DNA of 64,000 nucleotides, from positions 11,602-75,601 of the forward strand of contig CAZLKC010000002.1 of the NCBI GenBank assembly GCA_964560025.1, in the 5' to 3' direction. This DNA is from an uncultured Dehalococcoidia bacterium. Its GTDB lineage: Bacteria; Chloroflexota; Dehalococcoidia; Lucifugimonadales; Australimonadaceae. Positions 50,909-59,928 of the stretch are shown here, in pieces. Made by a program: the position numbers and the translations under genes. The notes beneath the pieces were generated by a model. The model did no database searches, was not told the DNA's origin, and worked only from the letters and a program-made list of their open reading frames with translations. Within the stretch, counting starts at the first letter, position 1. Every line of letters starts with the position of its first letter.

Positions 50909-53752
50909 ATGGCGGGGTTCAACGGGGGCAACAACGGAGGGGGCGAGCGCGGGTTGATGGACTCGCTGTTCGGCGACCCGTCGCAACTGCCCAGCCGGAT
51001 GCGGCTGTACACGCGCATCGCGCTCGCTGTCTTCGGCGTGCTCGCGGCGTTCATCTTCGTCTCCATAGCGCGAGACATCTACACCGATTGGCTCTGGTTC
51101 TCGACGTTAGGGCTGAGCAGCGTCTACCGCGACATCCTGATCACGCGGCTGTGGCTCTTCGGGGCAGGGTTCGCGGTGATGGGCGGGCTGACGTGGCTGA
51201 CCTGTTGGGCAGCGGTGCGGAGCGCGTGGGGGCCGCCGGGCTACCACGCGGCCCCGGCCGTCTACGCGGTGATGCGCCGGATGTTGCTCGCTACTCTGGC
51301 GATGACGAGCTTCGTGGCCGCGCTGACCTTCGCCCGCGCCTTGAGCGGGCGCTGGGAACTCTTTCTGAAGTTCATGAACTCGGCGCCGTGGGGGGCGGAA
51401 GATCCCGTGTTCGGGCACGACGTGGGTTTCTACGTGTTCACCATGCCGATGCTCCACACGGTGCAAGGCTGGCTGATGGCCGCGGCCATTGCGTTGATCG
51501 CCGTAACCGCAGTCGCCTACCTAGGCGTGTTCTACTTTCGCGCGGTGAGGGCGCACTTGACGCGCTCGATCCTGCGCCACGCGGCGGTGTTGGGCGCGTT
51601 CCTGATGGCGGCCATCGCGGCGGGGCATTGGCTGGACACGTACGAGACGCTCTTCTCGGCGGACGCGGCGGTTACGGGGGCGACGTACACGGACGTTACG
51701 GCGCGCATCCCGGCGCTGCGGCTGCTGACGGGCATCGCGGCGGTCTCTGCGCTGACGATGCTGGTCAGCATGCGGATGTCGAGCCGGCAGCAGAGCGTGC
51801 GGCTGCTGACCTCGGCGGCGGGATTGTGGCTGGCCGGCGCGCTGCTCGCCGGGCTGCTGTGGCCGAGCCTCGTCCAACGCTTCTCGGTGGAGCCGAACGA
51901 GTTGGAGCGGGAGCGGCCGTACATCGAGCGGAGCATCGCGTGGACGCGGGAGGGGTTCGACCTGGCGCGCGTGTCGGAGCGGCCCTACGACGTGGCGGAC
52001 GACCGCCTGGCGGCGGACATCGCGGCGAACCCGGCCACCATCTCCAACATCCGCCTCTGGGATCCGCGCCCGCTGCTCGACGTGTACAACCAGATTCAGC
52101 ACCTGCGCCTCTACTGCTCCTTCCTCGACCCCGACATCGACCGCTACTACGTGGACGGCGAGTACCGCCAGGTGCTCCTGGGGACGCGCGAGTTGATCCA
52201 GGACGGCCTCGACCCGACGGCGCAGAACTGGGTGAACCGCCGCCTGGTCTACACCCACGGCTACGGCGTGGTGATGAGCCCGGCGACCGACTTCACGGAG
52301 GGCGGGCAGCCCACGTTCTTCCTGAAGGACGTACCGCTGACGGGCGTGTTCGAGGTTACGCAGCCGCGCGTCTACTACGGGGAGTCGACGTCGACGGACG
52401 TTGTTCCGACGCTGCCGGATGCGCCCCGCAGCGACGACGCGGTGATCGTGAACACGACGGAGCCGGAGTTCGACCGTCCGCCGGGTGAATTGGGCGGCCA
52501 GCCGGAGTTCATCGACCGCTACGAGGGGACGGGCGGCGTGCGGCTTTCGAGCTTGCTGCGCCGCGCCGCGTACGCGTGGGAATTGGGAGACCTGAACCTC
52601 CTCATCAGCGGTCAGCTCACGAGCGAGAGCCGCGTGCTCTACCGCCGCCACGTCCAGGAGCGGACGGCGGCCATCGCGCCGTTCCTGCGCTTCGACCGCG
52701 ACCCGTACATGGTGGTGCACGACGGGCGGCTGTTGTGGATACAGGACGCCTACACGGTTACCGACCGCGTGCCCTATGCGCAGCGCTTCGAGCAGCCGCC
52801 CGACACGACGCGGCAGATACCCTTCATCGGGTTCAACTACATCCGCAACAGCGTGAAGGTGGTGGTGGACGCCTACAACGGCTCCGTAACCTTCTACACC
52901 ATCGAGCCGCAGGGCGAAGACCCGATGCTGCGCGTCTTCCGCAACGCCTTCCCCGACCTGTTCACGCCCATCAGCGAGATGCCGCCCGGCCTGCGCGAGC
53001 ATATCCGCTACCCGGAGGTGCTGCTGCGCGCGCAGGCGGAAACGTTCCTTCAGTTCCACATGACCGACCCCAAGGAGTTCTTCCTGAAGGAGGATCAGTG
53101 GGAGATTCCGCTGGAGGTGGTCAGGCAGAGTCAGCCGGTGCGCGTGCAGCCCTACTACGTCATCATGCAGCTGCCGGGCGAGGAGCAGGAGGAGTTCGTC
53201 CTGATTCTCCCCTTCACGCCGCAGGATAAGCCGAACCTGGTGGCGTGGATGGCCGCGCGCTCGGATGGCGAGAACTACGGCGAGATTCAGCTCTTCACCT
53301 TCCCGACCGACCGCCTCTTCAACGGCCCGGAGCAGGTGGAGGCGCGCATCGACAACGACCCCGCCATCTCCGAGCAGTTCACGCTGTGGGGGCAGTCGGG
53401 CTCCATCGTCATACGCGGCAACCTGCTGGTCATTCCCATCGGCGAGTCGCTGCTGTACGCCGAGCCGGTCTACCTCCAGGCGGACACGCTGGACTTCCCG
53501 GAGTTGAAGCGCGTCATCCTGGCGACGGCGGACACGGTGGTGATGGAGCCGACGCTGACGGACGCCATCGAGGCATTGCTAGGCCGCAGCATCGCGCCCG
53601 CGCCCAGTACGGGCGACCCCGTCCCAGGCGGCATCCCTCCGGAGCAACTGCGCCGCGCCCTAGAAGCGCTCCAAGAGGCGTTGGACGAACTGCGCAAAGG
53701 CGTAGAGGGCATAGACGACGCGGTAGAGGGGCTAGGCGCGCTGGCGGGGTAA
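50909..53752 (+). CDS. UPF0182-family large membrane protein
   Basis: 947 aa. N-terminal multi-TM region with YTDWLWF, then a long extracytoplasmic domain (RLWD, YVHGYG-like YTHGYGVVMSP). Confidence 0.8.
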   Translation: MAGFNGGNNGGGERGLMDSLFGDPSQLPSRMRLYTRIALAVFGVLAAFIFVSIARDIYTDWLWFSTLGLSSVYRDILITRLWLFGAGFAVMGGLTWLTCWAAVRSAWGPPGYHAAPAVYAVMRRMLLATLAMTSFVAALTFARALSGRWELFLKFMNSAPWGAEDPVFGHDVGFYVFTMPMLHTVQGWLMAAAIALIAVTAVAYLGVFYFRAVRAHLTRSILRHAAVLGAFLMAAIAAGHWLDTYETLFSADAAVTGATYTDVTARIPALRLLTGIAAVSALTMLVSMRMSSRQQSVRLLTSAAGLWLAGALLAGLLWPSLVQRFSVEPNELERERPYIERSIAWTREGFDLARVSERPYDVADDRLAADIAANPATISNIRLWDPRPLLDVYNQIQHLRLYCSFLDPDIDRYYVDGEYRQVLLGTRELIQDGLDPTAQNWVNRRLVYTHGYGVVMSPATDFTEGGQPTFFLKDVPLTGVFEVTQPRVYYGESTSTDVVPTLPDAPRSDDAVIVNTTEPEFDRPPGELGGQPEFIDRYEGTGGVRLSSLLRRAAYAWELGDLNLLISGQLTSESRVLYRRHVQERTAAIAPFLRFDRDPYMVVHDGRLLWIQDAYTVTDRVPYAQRFEQPPDTTRQIPFIGFNYIRNSVKVVVDAYNGSVTFYTIEPQGEDPMLRVFRNAFPDLFTPISEMPPGLREHIRYPEVLLRAQAETFLQFHMTDPKEFFLKEDQWEIPLEVVRQSQPVRVQPYYVIMQLPGEEQEEFVLILPFTPQDKPNLVAWMAARSDGENYGEIQLFTFPTDRLFNGPEQVEARIDNDPAISEQFTLWGQSGSIVIRGNLLVIPIGESLLYAEPVYLQADTLDFPELKRVILATADTVVMEPTLTDAIEALLGRSIAPAPSTGDPVPGGIPPEQLRRALEALQEALDELRKGVEGIDDAVEGLGALAG

Positions 53753-53759
53753 GGGGCGA

Positions 53760-53821
53760 CTTTCAACAAACTGTTAGCCGCCGGGCTACATGTAGGCGGC
53801 CTTCTAAATTTATGTTGAAAG
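53760..53821. terminator. Nested inverted repeats between convergent genes (probable bidirectional terminator)
   Basis: Outer arms ctttcaaca / tgttgaaag (53760-53768, 53813-53821), inner gccgcc...ggcggc. AT-rich flanks between the UPF0182 and selB 3' ends. Confidence 0.5.
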
Positions 53822-53843
53822 GCAATCTCTGCCTACCGCTCCC

Positions 53844-55691
53844 CTATTCCCCCAGCAGCGTGCGGGCGTCGCCCTGGCGGCGGGTTACCTTTTGGTCGTC
53901 TAGGTGCTCTAGGAGGGCTAGGGCGTACTTGCGGCTTGTGCCTAAGAGGTCGCGGACGTCGGCGACGGTGGCGGCGCCGCGCTCGCGGATGTGTTGCGTC
54001 ACGCGATCAGCGAGAACGTCGTAGGCGGCGCGTTCGAAGACGACGCCCGCGCCCGTGCGCACTACCCGCCCTTGCTCGCTGAGCAGGCCGAGCAGGTCGG
54101 GCGCGATGGCGGGCGCCTCCAATGGGAAGGGGTCGGCGGCGAGGCGCGCGACGTAGGCGTCCATCGCCGCCTGCTGTTGCGCGTCCACGGAGACGGCGTG
54201 CTCGGGCAAGCGCATCGTCTCTCCGTCGTCCGCCGCCACGCCTGTTGCGGCTAGGCGGTGAAGCGCGGCTTGGCCAGCCGCGCCCTTGAAGCCCAGGCGT
54301 GAGCGCAACTCCTCGCGCGGCATTCCCTGGCGCAGCGGGTGCTGCGCGTGGAAGGCGGCGAGCGCCTGCTCCGCCTTAGCAGATACGCGCGCCCAGCCCG
54401 CCGCCGTCATAAACAGGCCGCCGTCCAGCTCCACGACCTGGCGCTCCGCCGCCGCTTGGCGGGCGAGCGCCGCCGCCTCCGCGTCAGAGACGTTGGCGCG
54501 CCTGGCGAGCGTTGTCAGGTCGGCGGGTTCGCCCGCCTCGAGGGCGGTTACGAGGCGCGCCGAGGCGCTGCCCTGCGCGAGCGTGTGCAACCGCGCGATG
54601 ACCGCGCTGTCGCGTCTGCGATGGCGGCGCGCGCCTACGTCCACGACTACGCCGCCGCCGAGCGTCGCGTCGGAGGAGCGGACGACGAATCGGTCGCCGG
54701 GCGCTAGGGGCGCCGCTTGCTCGGCGACCACCTGCGCCCACGCCTCGCCGCCCGGTTCCAGCGTGTCCTGCTCTAGAAGGCGCACCTTGGCGGGCGATTC
54801 GGTGGTATGGGCATGGAAGGTCACCGGCGCGTTGTGGCGCAGCGCGCGGGGCGCGTCGGGGAGCAGGTGCAGGCGCACGTCCGCCGCTTTGGTGGGACGC
54901 AGCCAGCCGGGGGAGGTCAGCACCTCGCCGCGCTCCAGTTCGTCGGCGGAGAGGCCGCTGAGGTTGACGGCGACGCGCGTGCCGGGCTGCGCCTCCTCGA
55001 TGGAGGCGCGGTGGGTTTGGAGGCCGCGGATGCGCGCCGTCTTGCCACTCTGCGCCAACTCGACCTGCTGGCCCACGCGCAGCGCCCCGTCGATGAGCGT
55101 TCCCGTAACCACGGAGCCGAACCCTGTCATCGTGAATGCGCGGTCGACGGCCAGCCGCGGCCGCCCCACGTCCTGGCGCTGTTCCGTAACGTCCAGCGCC
55201 TCGTCGATGGCCGCCTTCAGCTCGTCGAGGCCCTCGCCCGTTACCGCCGAGACGGCCAGCGCGCGCGACCCGGCGAGCACCGTGCCCGCCATCGCCTCCT
55301 CCACCTCCAACTGCACCAACTCCAGGAGGTCAGGGTCGGCTAGGTCGCGCTTGGTTACGACGGCCATGCCGCGCCTGACGCCTAGCAGGTCGAGGATGGC
55401 GAGGTGCTCGCGCGTCTGCGGCATCACCGATTCGTCGGCGGCCACGATCAGCAGGGCGAGGTCGACGCCCCCGGCGCCTGCGAGCATATTCTTGATGAAG
55501 CGCGCGTGGCCGGGCACGTCGACGATGCTGACCTCGCGCCCGCTGGGGAGCGTGAGCCACGCGAACCCCAGGTCGATGGTGAGGCCGCGCTCCTTCTCCT
55601 CCCGCAGCCGGTCGGGGTCGATGCCCGTGAGCGCCTGGACGAGGGTGGACTTGCCGTGGTCGACGTGTCCCGCAGTGCCGATGACGTACAC
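53844..55691 (-). CDS. selB: Selenocysteine-specific translation elongation factor
   Basis: 615 aa. GTAGHVDHGKSTL, DVPGH, TKRD GTPase motifs plus a long winged-helix C-terminus. Confidence 0.9.
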   Translation of the reverse strand: MYVIGTAGHVDHGKSTLVQALTGIDPDRLREEKERGLTIDLGFAWLTLPSGREVSIVDVPGHARFIKNMLAGAGGVDLALLIVAADESVMPQTREHLAILDLLGVRRGMAVVTKRDLADPDLLELVQLEVEEAMAGTVLAGSRALAVSAVTGEGLDELKAAIDEALDVTEQRQDVGRPRLAVDRAFTMTGFGSVVTGTLIDGALRVGQQVELAQSGKTARIRGLQTHRASIEEAQPGTRVAVNLSGLSADELERGEVLTSPGWLRPTKAADVRLHLLPDAPRALRHNAPVTFHAHTTESPAKVRLLEQDTLEPGGEAWAQVVAEQAAPLAPGDRFVVRSSDATLGGGVVVDVGARRHRRRDSAVIARLHTLAQGSASARLVTALEAGEPADLTTLARRANVSDAEAAALARQAAAERQVVELDGGLFMTAAGWARVSAKAEQALAAFHAQHPLRQGMPREELRSRLGFKGAAGQAALHRLAATGVAADDGETMRLPEHAVSVDAQQQAAMDAYVARLAADPFPLEAPAIAPDLLGLLSEQGRVVRTGAGVVFERAAYDVLADRVTQHIRERGAATVADVRDLLGTSRKYALALLEHLDDQKVTRRQGDARTLLGE

Positions 55692-55780
55692 ATTCCGAGC
55701 ATAGCAGCGCAGCAGCCGGGCGGGCGGGGGATGGACGCCGCTGACTGCGCGCCGATTATCATGGCGCGTAAGGAGGGGTT

Positions 55781-56074
55781 ATGACGTTTATGCGCGCTGT
55801 CCACCCCGGCGAGGTGCTCAAGGACGAACTGGTCGAGTTGGGGGTGAGCCAAGCGGTGTTCGCGCGGCAGATAGCCGTGCCGCCCAACCGCGTGAGCCAG
55901 ATCATCGCAGGGAAGCGCTCGATCAGCGGCGACACGGCCTTGCGGTTCGGGCACTGGTTCGGCGTCGAGCCCCAGTTCTGGCTGAACCTGCAGACGCAGT
56001 TCGACCTCGCCGCGGCGGAGCGGCAGGCCGGCGCCGCCGTGCGCAAGCTGCCCACCGTTGCCGGCAACAAGTAG
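55781..56074 (+). CDS. higA: HigA-family antitoxin-like HTH protein
   Basis: 97 aa. HPGEVLKDELVELGVSQAVFARQIAVPPNRVSQIIAGKRSISGDTALRFGHWFGVEPQFWLNLQ. Confidence 0.8.
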   Translation: MTFMRAVHPGEVLKDELVELGVSQAVFARQIAVPPNRVSQIIAGKRSISGDTALRFGHWFGVEPQFWLNLQTQFDLAAAERQAGAAVRKLPTVAGNK

Positions 56075-56168
56075 GGGAAAGGAGTTCGGGCAGCGAGTTG
56101 GGGTCGGAATGGTGGTAGAGTTCGGGAGCGCACTGCGCCCGGACTGATAACCGCCAGGAGGAGACGCT

Positions 56169-58448
56169 ATGACGGCGCCGCTCGTTGAATCCAGCCCCGC
56201 CTTCGTGGAGGAGGCCTACCGCACGATCGACCAACGCCTGCGCGCCGTGCGGGAGCGGCTCGGCAGGCCGCTCACCTACGCCGAGAAGGTGTTCCTCGGC
56301 CACCTGGACGACCCTGCGGGCGCGGAGTTGGAGCCGGGCGGCAGCTACGTCCAGGTGCGCCCCGACCGCGTCGCACTCCAGGACGTTACGGGGCAGATGG
56401 CCATCCTCCAGTTCATGCAGGCGGGCCGCCCGACCGCCGCCGTGCCGACCACCGTCCACTGCGACCACCTCATCCAGGCGCGCGTCGGCGCGGCGTCCGA
56501 CACGAGCGAGGCGGTCGTCGAGAACAAGGAGGTGTACGACTTCCTGCGCAGCGCCTCCAACAAGTTCGGGCTGGGCTTCTGGGGGCCGGGCTCCGGCATC
56601 ATCCACCAGGTGGTGCTGGAGAACTACGCCTTCCCGGGCGCGCTGATCATCGGCACCGACTCCCACACGCCCAACGCGGGTGGGCTGGGGACGTTCGCCT
56701 CCGGCGTGGGCGGCGCCGACGCGGTGGACGTGATGGCCGGATTCCCGTGGGAGGTGCTCTACCCGCGCCTCATCGGGGTGAAACTCACCGGGGCGCTCTC
56801 CGGGTGGACGGCGCCCAAGGACGTGATTCTGAAGTTGGCGGGCATTCTGACGGTGAAGGGCGGCACCAACGCGGTCGTCGAGTACTTCGGCCCGGGCCTG
56901 GCGTCGATCAGCGCCACGGGCAGGGCGACCATCGCCAATATGGGCGCGGAGATCGGCGCGACCACCTCCATCTTCCCGTTCGACGAGCGCGCCGCGACCT
57001 ATCTGCGCGCCACCGAGCGCGGCGACCTGGCCGACCTCGCCCGCCGCTACGCTCACCTGCTCGCCTGCGACGCTGAGGTGGAGGAGGCGCCCGAGCGCTT
57101 CTTCGACCGCGTGATAGAGATCGACCTCTCCGCGCTCGAACCGCACGTCGTCGGCCCGCACACGCCCGACCTCGCCCGCCCCATCTCCGAGATGGCCGCC
57201 GCCGTCGCCGGCGAGGGCTACCCCGACCGCGTCTCCGCCGCCCTCATCGGCTCGTGCACCAATTCGTCCTACGAGGACATCTCGCGCGTGGCCGCCGTGG
57301 CGCGGCAGGCGGAGGCGCGCGGCGTGAAGGTGGCAACGCCGCTGCTGGTTACGCCCGGCTCAGAGGCGGTGCACGCGACCATCCGGCGCGACGGCCAGAT
57401 GCGCGACCTCGAGCAGGCGGGCGCGACGGTGCTCGCCAACGCCTGCGGGCCGTGCATCGGCCAGTGGCGAAGGCCGTCGGTCGCCAAGGGCGAGGCCAAC
57501 GCCATCGTAACCTCCTTCAACCGCAACTTCCCCGCCCGCAACGACGGCAACGCGGCGACGATGAACTTCATCGCCAGTCCCGAGATCGTCCTCGCCTTCG
57601 CCCTGGCCGGACGCCTCTCCTTCAACCCGCTCACCGACGCGCTGGGCGAGAACGGCGGCGCGTGGAAACTCGACCCGCCCGGCGACGCGCCCGACGTTCC
57701 GCCGGACGGCTACGCGGGGCGCGGCTACGGCTACCAAGCGCCCGCCGAGGACGGCAGCGGGATCGCCGTCGAGGTTGACCCTGCCTCCAACCGCCTCCAG
57801 CTGCTCGAGCCGTTCGCGCCGTGGGACGGCGCCGACTTTGAGCGCATGCCCGTGCTGGTGAAGGCGCAGGGCAAGTGCACCACCGACCACATCTCGCCCG
57901 CGGGGCCGTGGCTGCGCTTCCGCGGCCACCTCGACAACATCAGCGACAACGCCTTCCTCGGCGCGGTCAACGCCTACACCGGCGAGGCGGGGCAGGGGCT
58001 GAACGTGGAGACGGGCGAGCGCGGCGCCGCCTTCCCCGCCATCGCCCGCGACTACAAGGCGCGCGGCCTGTCGTGGGTGGTCGTCGGCGACGAGAACTAC
58101 GGCGAAGGCTCCAGCCGCGAGCACGCCGCGATGAGCCCGCGCCTGCTCGGCGCCAAGGCGGTCATCGTCCGCTCCTTCGCCCGCATCCACGAGTCGAACC
58201 TGAAGAAGCAGGGCATCCTGCCCTTCACCTTCGACGACCCCGCCGACTACGACAAGGTGCGCGAGACCGACCGCGTCAGCGTCCACGGCCTCGCCGACCT
58301 CGCCCCCGGCACCCCCGTGCGCGCCACCCTCCACCACGACGACGGCTCCGCCGACGCCATCACCCTCCGCCACACGATGAGCGCGGAGCACATTGCCTGG
58401 TTCCAAGCAGGCGCCGCGCTGAACATCCTGCGGCAGGGGGCGGGGTAG
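56169..58448 (+). CDS. acn: Aconitate hydratase (about 760-aa type)
   Basis: DRVALQDVTGQM, GTDSHTPNAGG, IGSCTNSS, CGPCIGQW cluster ligands, GDENYGEGSSREHAA. Confidence 0.95.
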   Translation: MTAPLVESSPAFVEEAYRTIDQRLRAVRERLGRPLTYAEKVFLGHLDDPAGAELEPGGSYVQVRPDRVALQDVTGQMAILQFMQAGRPTAAVPTTVHCDHLIQARVGAASDTSEAVVENKEVYDFLRSASNKFGLGFWGPGSGIIHQVVLENYAFPGALIIGTDSHTPNAGGLGTFASGVGGADAVDVMAGFPWEVLYPRLIGVKLTGALSGWTAPKDVILKLAGILTVKGGTNAVVEYFGPGLASISATGRATIANMGAEIGATTSIFPFDERAATYLRATERGDLADLARRYAHLLACDAEVEEAPERFFDRVIEIDLSALEPHVVGPHTPDLARPISEMAAAVAGEGYPDRVSAALIGSCTNSSYEDISRVAAVARQAEARGVKVATPLLVTPGSEAVHATIRRDGQMRDLEQAGATVLANACGPCIGQWRRPSVAKGEANAIVTSFNRNFPARNDGNAATMNFIASPEIVLAFALAGRLSFNPLTDALGENGGAWKLDPPGDAPDVPPDGYAGRGYGYQAPAEDGSGIAVEVDPASNRLQLLEPFAPWDGADFERMPVLVKAQGKCTTDHISPAGPWLRFRGHLDNISDNAFLGAVNAYTGEAGQGLNVETGERGAAFPAIARDYKARGLSWVVVGDENYGEGSSREHAAMSPRLLGAKAVIVRSFARIHESNLKKQGILPFTFDDPADYDKVRETDRVSVHGLADLAPGTPVRATLHHDDGSADAITLRHTMSAEHIAWFQAGAALNILRQGAG

Positions 58449-58454
58449 GGGCTG

Positions 58455-59831
58455 CTATGACGCTGCGGCGGCTGATGTCGGCGCGGTCGGTTGGCGCGAC
58501 GGGTCCACGTATAGAGCTTTCACTAGGAAGAACAGAGTCAGAAAAGAATCTGCCAAAATGCCAAGCGAAAAGAGGACCATCACGCCTTCGAAAGTAGGTT
58601 CCCACACTCCGGAGACATAGAGCAAAAACGCGGCAAAGTAGATTGTCCCGTTGGTCAATATTGACTGATATGCCATGTATTTCGTAAGCCCGATGCCGTA
58701 AAAGACGCTGTCGGTTACGGTATTGAACGAGAATAGCACGTAAGGCACAAACAGTATTCCAAACGCTGTCACAGCCCACTCAATGGTCTCGATATCGTTA
58801 TTTAGTAGACTTGCGAATCCCCTGAACATAGGAGCAATGGCAATCCAAACAAGCATCATAGCAACAGTTATAATCATTGAAGAATGCCACAAGGTTCTGA
58901 CACGCTGGATGTCGCCGGAGGCATTGGCGACGAGGGCCTTCGCAGATTCGGCCAAAGCGAGAATCGGCACTAGCATAAAGCTCCATAGTATCTGGATAGC
59001 CAGATAGTATCCCCCAATCTCAGTTCCACCGATAGTATTCACGATTCGGATGATCAAAAAGAAATAGGCCAAATTACGAACAAGGCTGTCAACTCCGCTG
59101 CCTAGCCCAACGCGTAAGTACTCGCGCATGTCGGTGAAGGAGGGCGGTGTCTTGAGTTCTTCTAGCCGAAGACCTTTAGCGCGCAGCAACAGAACAAGTC
59201 CTATCAGGAATAGCGCGAGGCTGGCTAACAAAGTCGACCAGCCTACTCCTGTGACATCCGTATTGAGCGAGAAGGCGTGCCCTCCAAAGAAGAGGCTGTC
59301 GGTCACAAAACGGAGCCCGACATTGGCAATCGCCATAATGAAAACTAGTTTGCGCAGACCAAGTGATTCGAAGAGGACGATGATGGCAGCAGCCAGCATC
59401 ATAAACGGGACGCTAAAAATACTGATGCCGAGGAAGTTTCGGGTCTGTTCCTGAATCTCTTCCGGTGTGCCGATAACCGTGATGAAAGCATCACGAAACA
59501 GGAATATTCCTGCCGAGAAGATCAGCGACGCAAGGAATATGAAAGTGAAAACGCTCTTGGCTCTATCAAACTGCACCGCAACCCCACTGCGTATCTGCGA
59601 GCCTAGGAAGAAGAAAATTGCTAAGACGGTCGCTTCTTGGAAAACCTCAACGGCAAGTCCAACGAACTGCCATTGCGACACGATGGCCAGGCTTCCCGGA
59701 TCGGGCAGTTCGTTTCCTATGAGGCGAACCCGGTAGAGTTGGTAGACGTTGGGCAGACCGAGGAAGAGCAAAATGAACAGGAAAAGCCGCCAGTCCCACA
59801 CTTTGACGTAATGGCGAAGGAGAGCCCACAT
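58455..59831 (-). CDS. MATE/MOP-superfamily polytopic membrane transporter
   Basis: 458 aa, about 12 hydrophobic segments, strikingly AT-richer than its flanks. Family assignment from topology and length only. Confidence 0.7.
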   Translation of the reverse strand: MWALLRHYVKVWDWRLFLFILLFLGLPNVYQLYRVRLIGNELPDPGSLAIVSQWQFVGLAVEVFQEATVLAIFFFLGSQIRSGVAVQFDRAKSVFTFIFLASLIFSAGIFLFRDAFITVIGTPEEIQEQTRNFLGISIFSVPFMMLAAAIIVLFESLGLRKLVFIMAIANVGLRFVTDSLFFGGHAFSLNTDVTGVGWSTLLASLALFLIGLVLLLRAKGLRLEELKTPPSFTDMREYLRVGLGSGVDSLVRNLAYFFLIIRIVNTIGGTEIGGYYLAIQILWSFMLVPILALAESAKALVANASGDIQRVRTLWHSSMIITVAMMLVWIAIAPMFRGFASLLNNDIETIEWAVTAFGILFVPYVLFSFNTVTDSVFYGIGLTKYMAYQSILTNGTIYFAAFLLYVSGVWEPTFEGVMVLFSLGILADSFLTLFFLVKALYVDPSRQPTAPTSAAAAS

Positions 59832-59928
59832 TGTCCGACCTCCAGACTTTGCGCATCAATGCGCCAGCGTTGCTACAACCGTCGCCAGGGAATGTCAAGC
59901 TTCATAGCGGCGTCCTGGCAGACGGCCC

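Noticed and set aside
55404-55784. Candidate HigB toxin upstream of higA (track ORF 55404-55784, plus).
   Set aside because: It is antisense to the well-supported selB N-terminus. It is Ala/Asp/Gly-rich with no RelE/ParE-like features and is too long for HigB.
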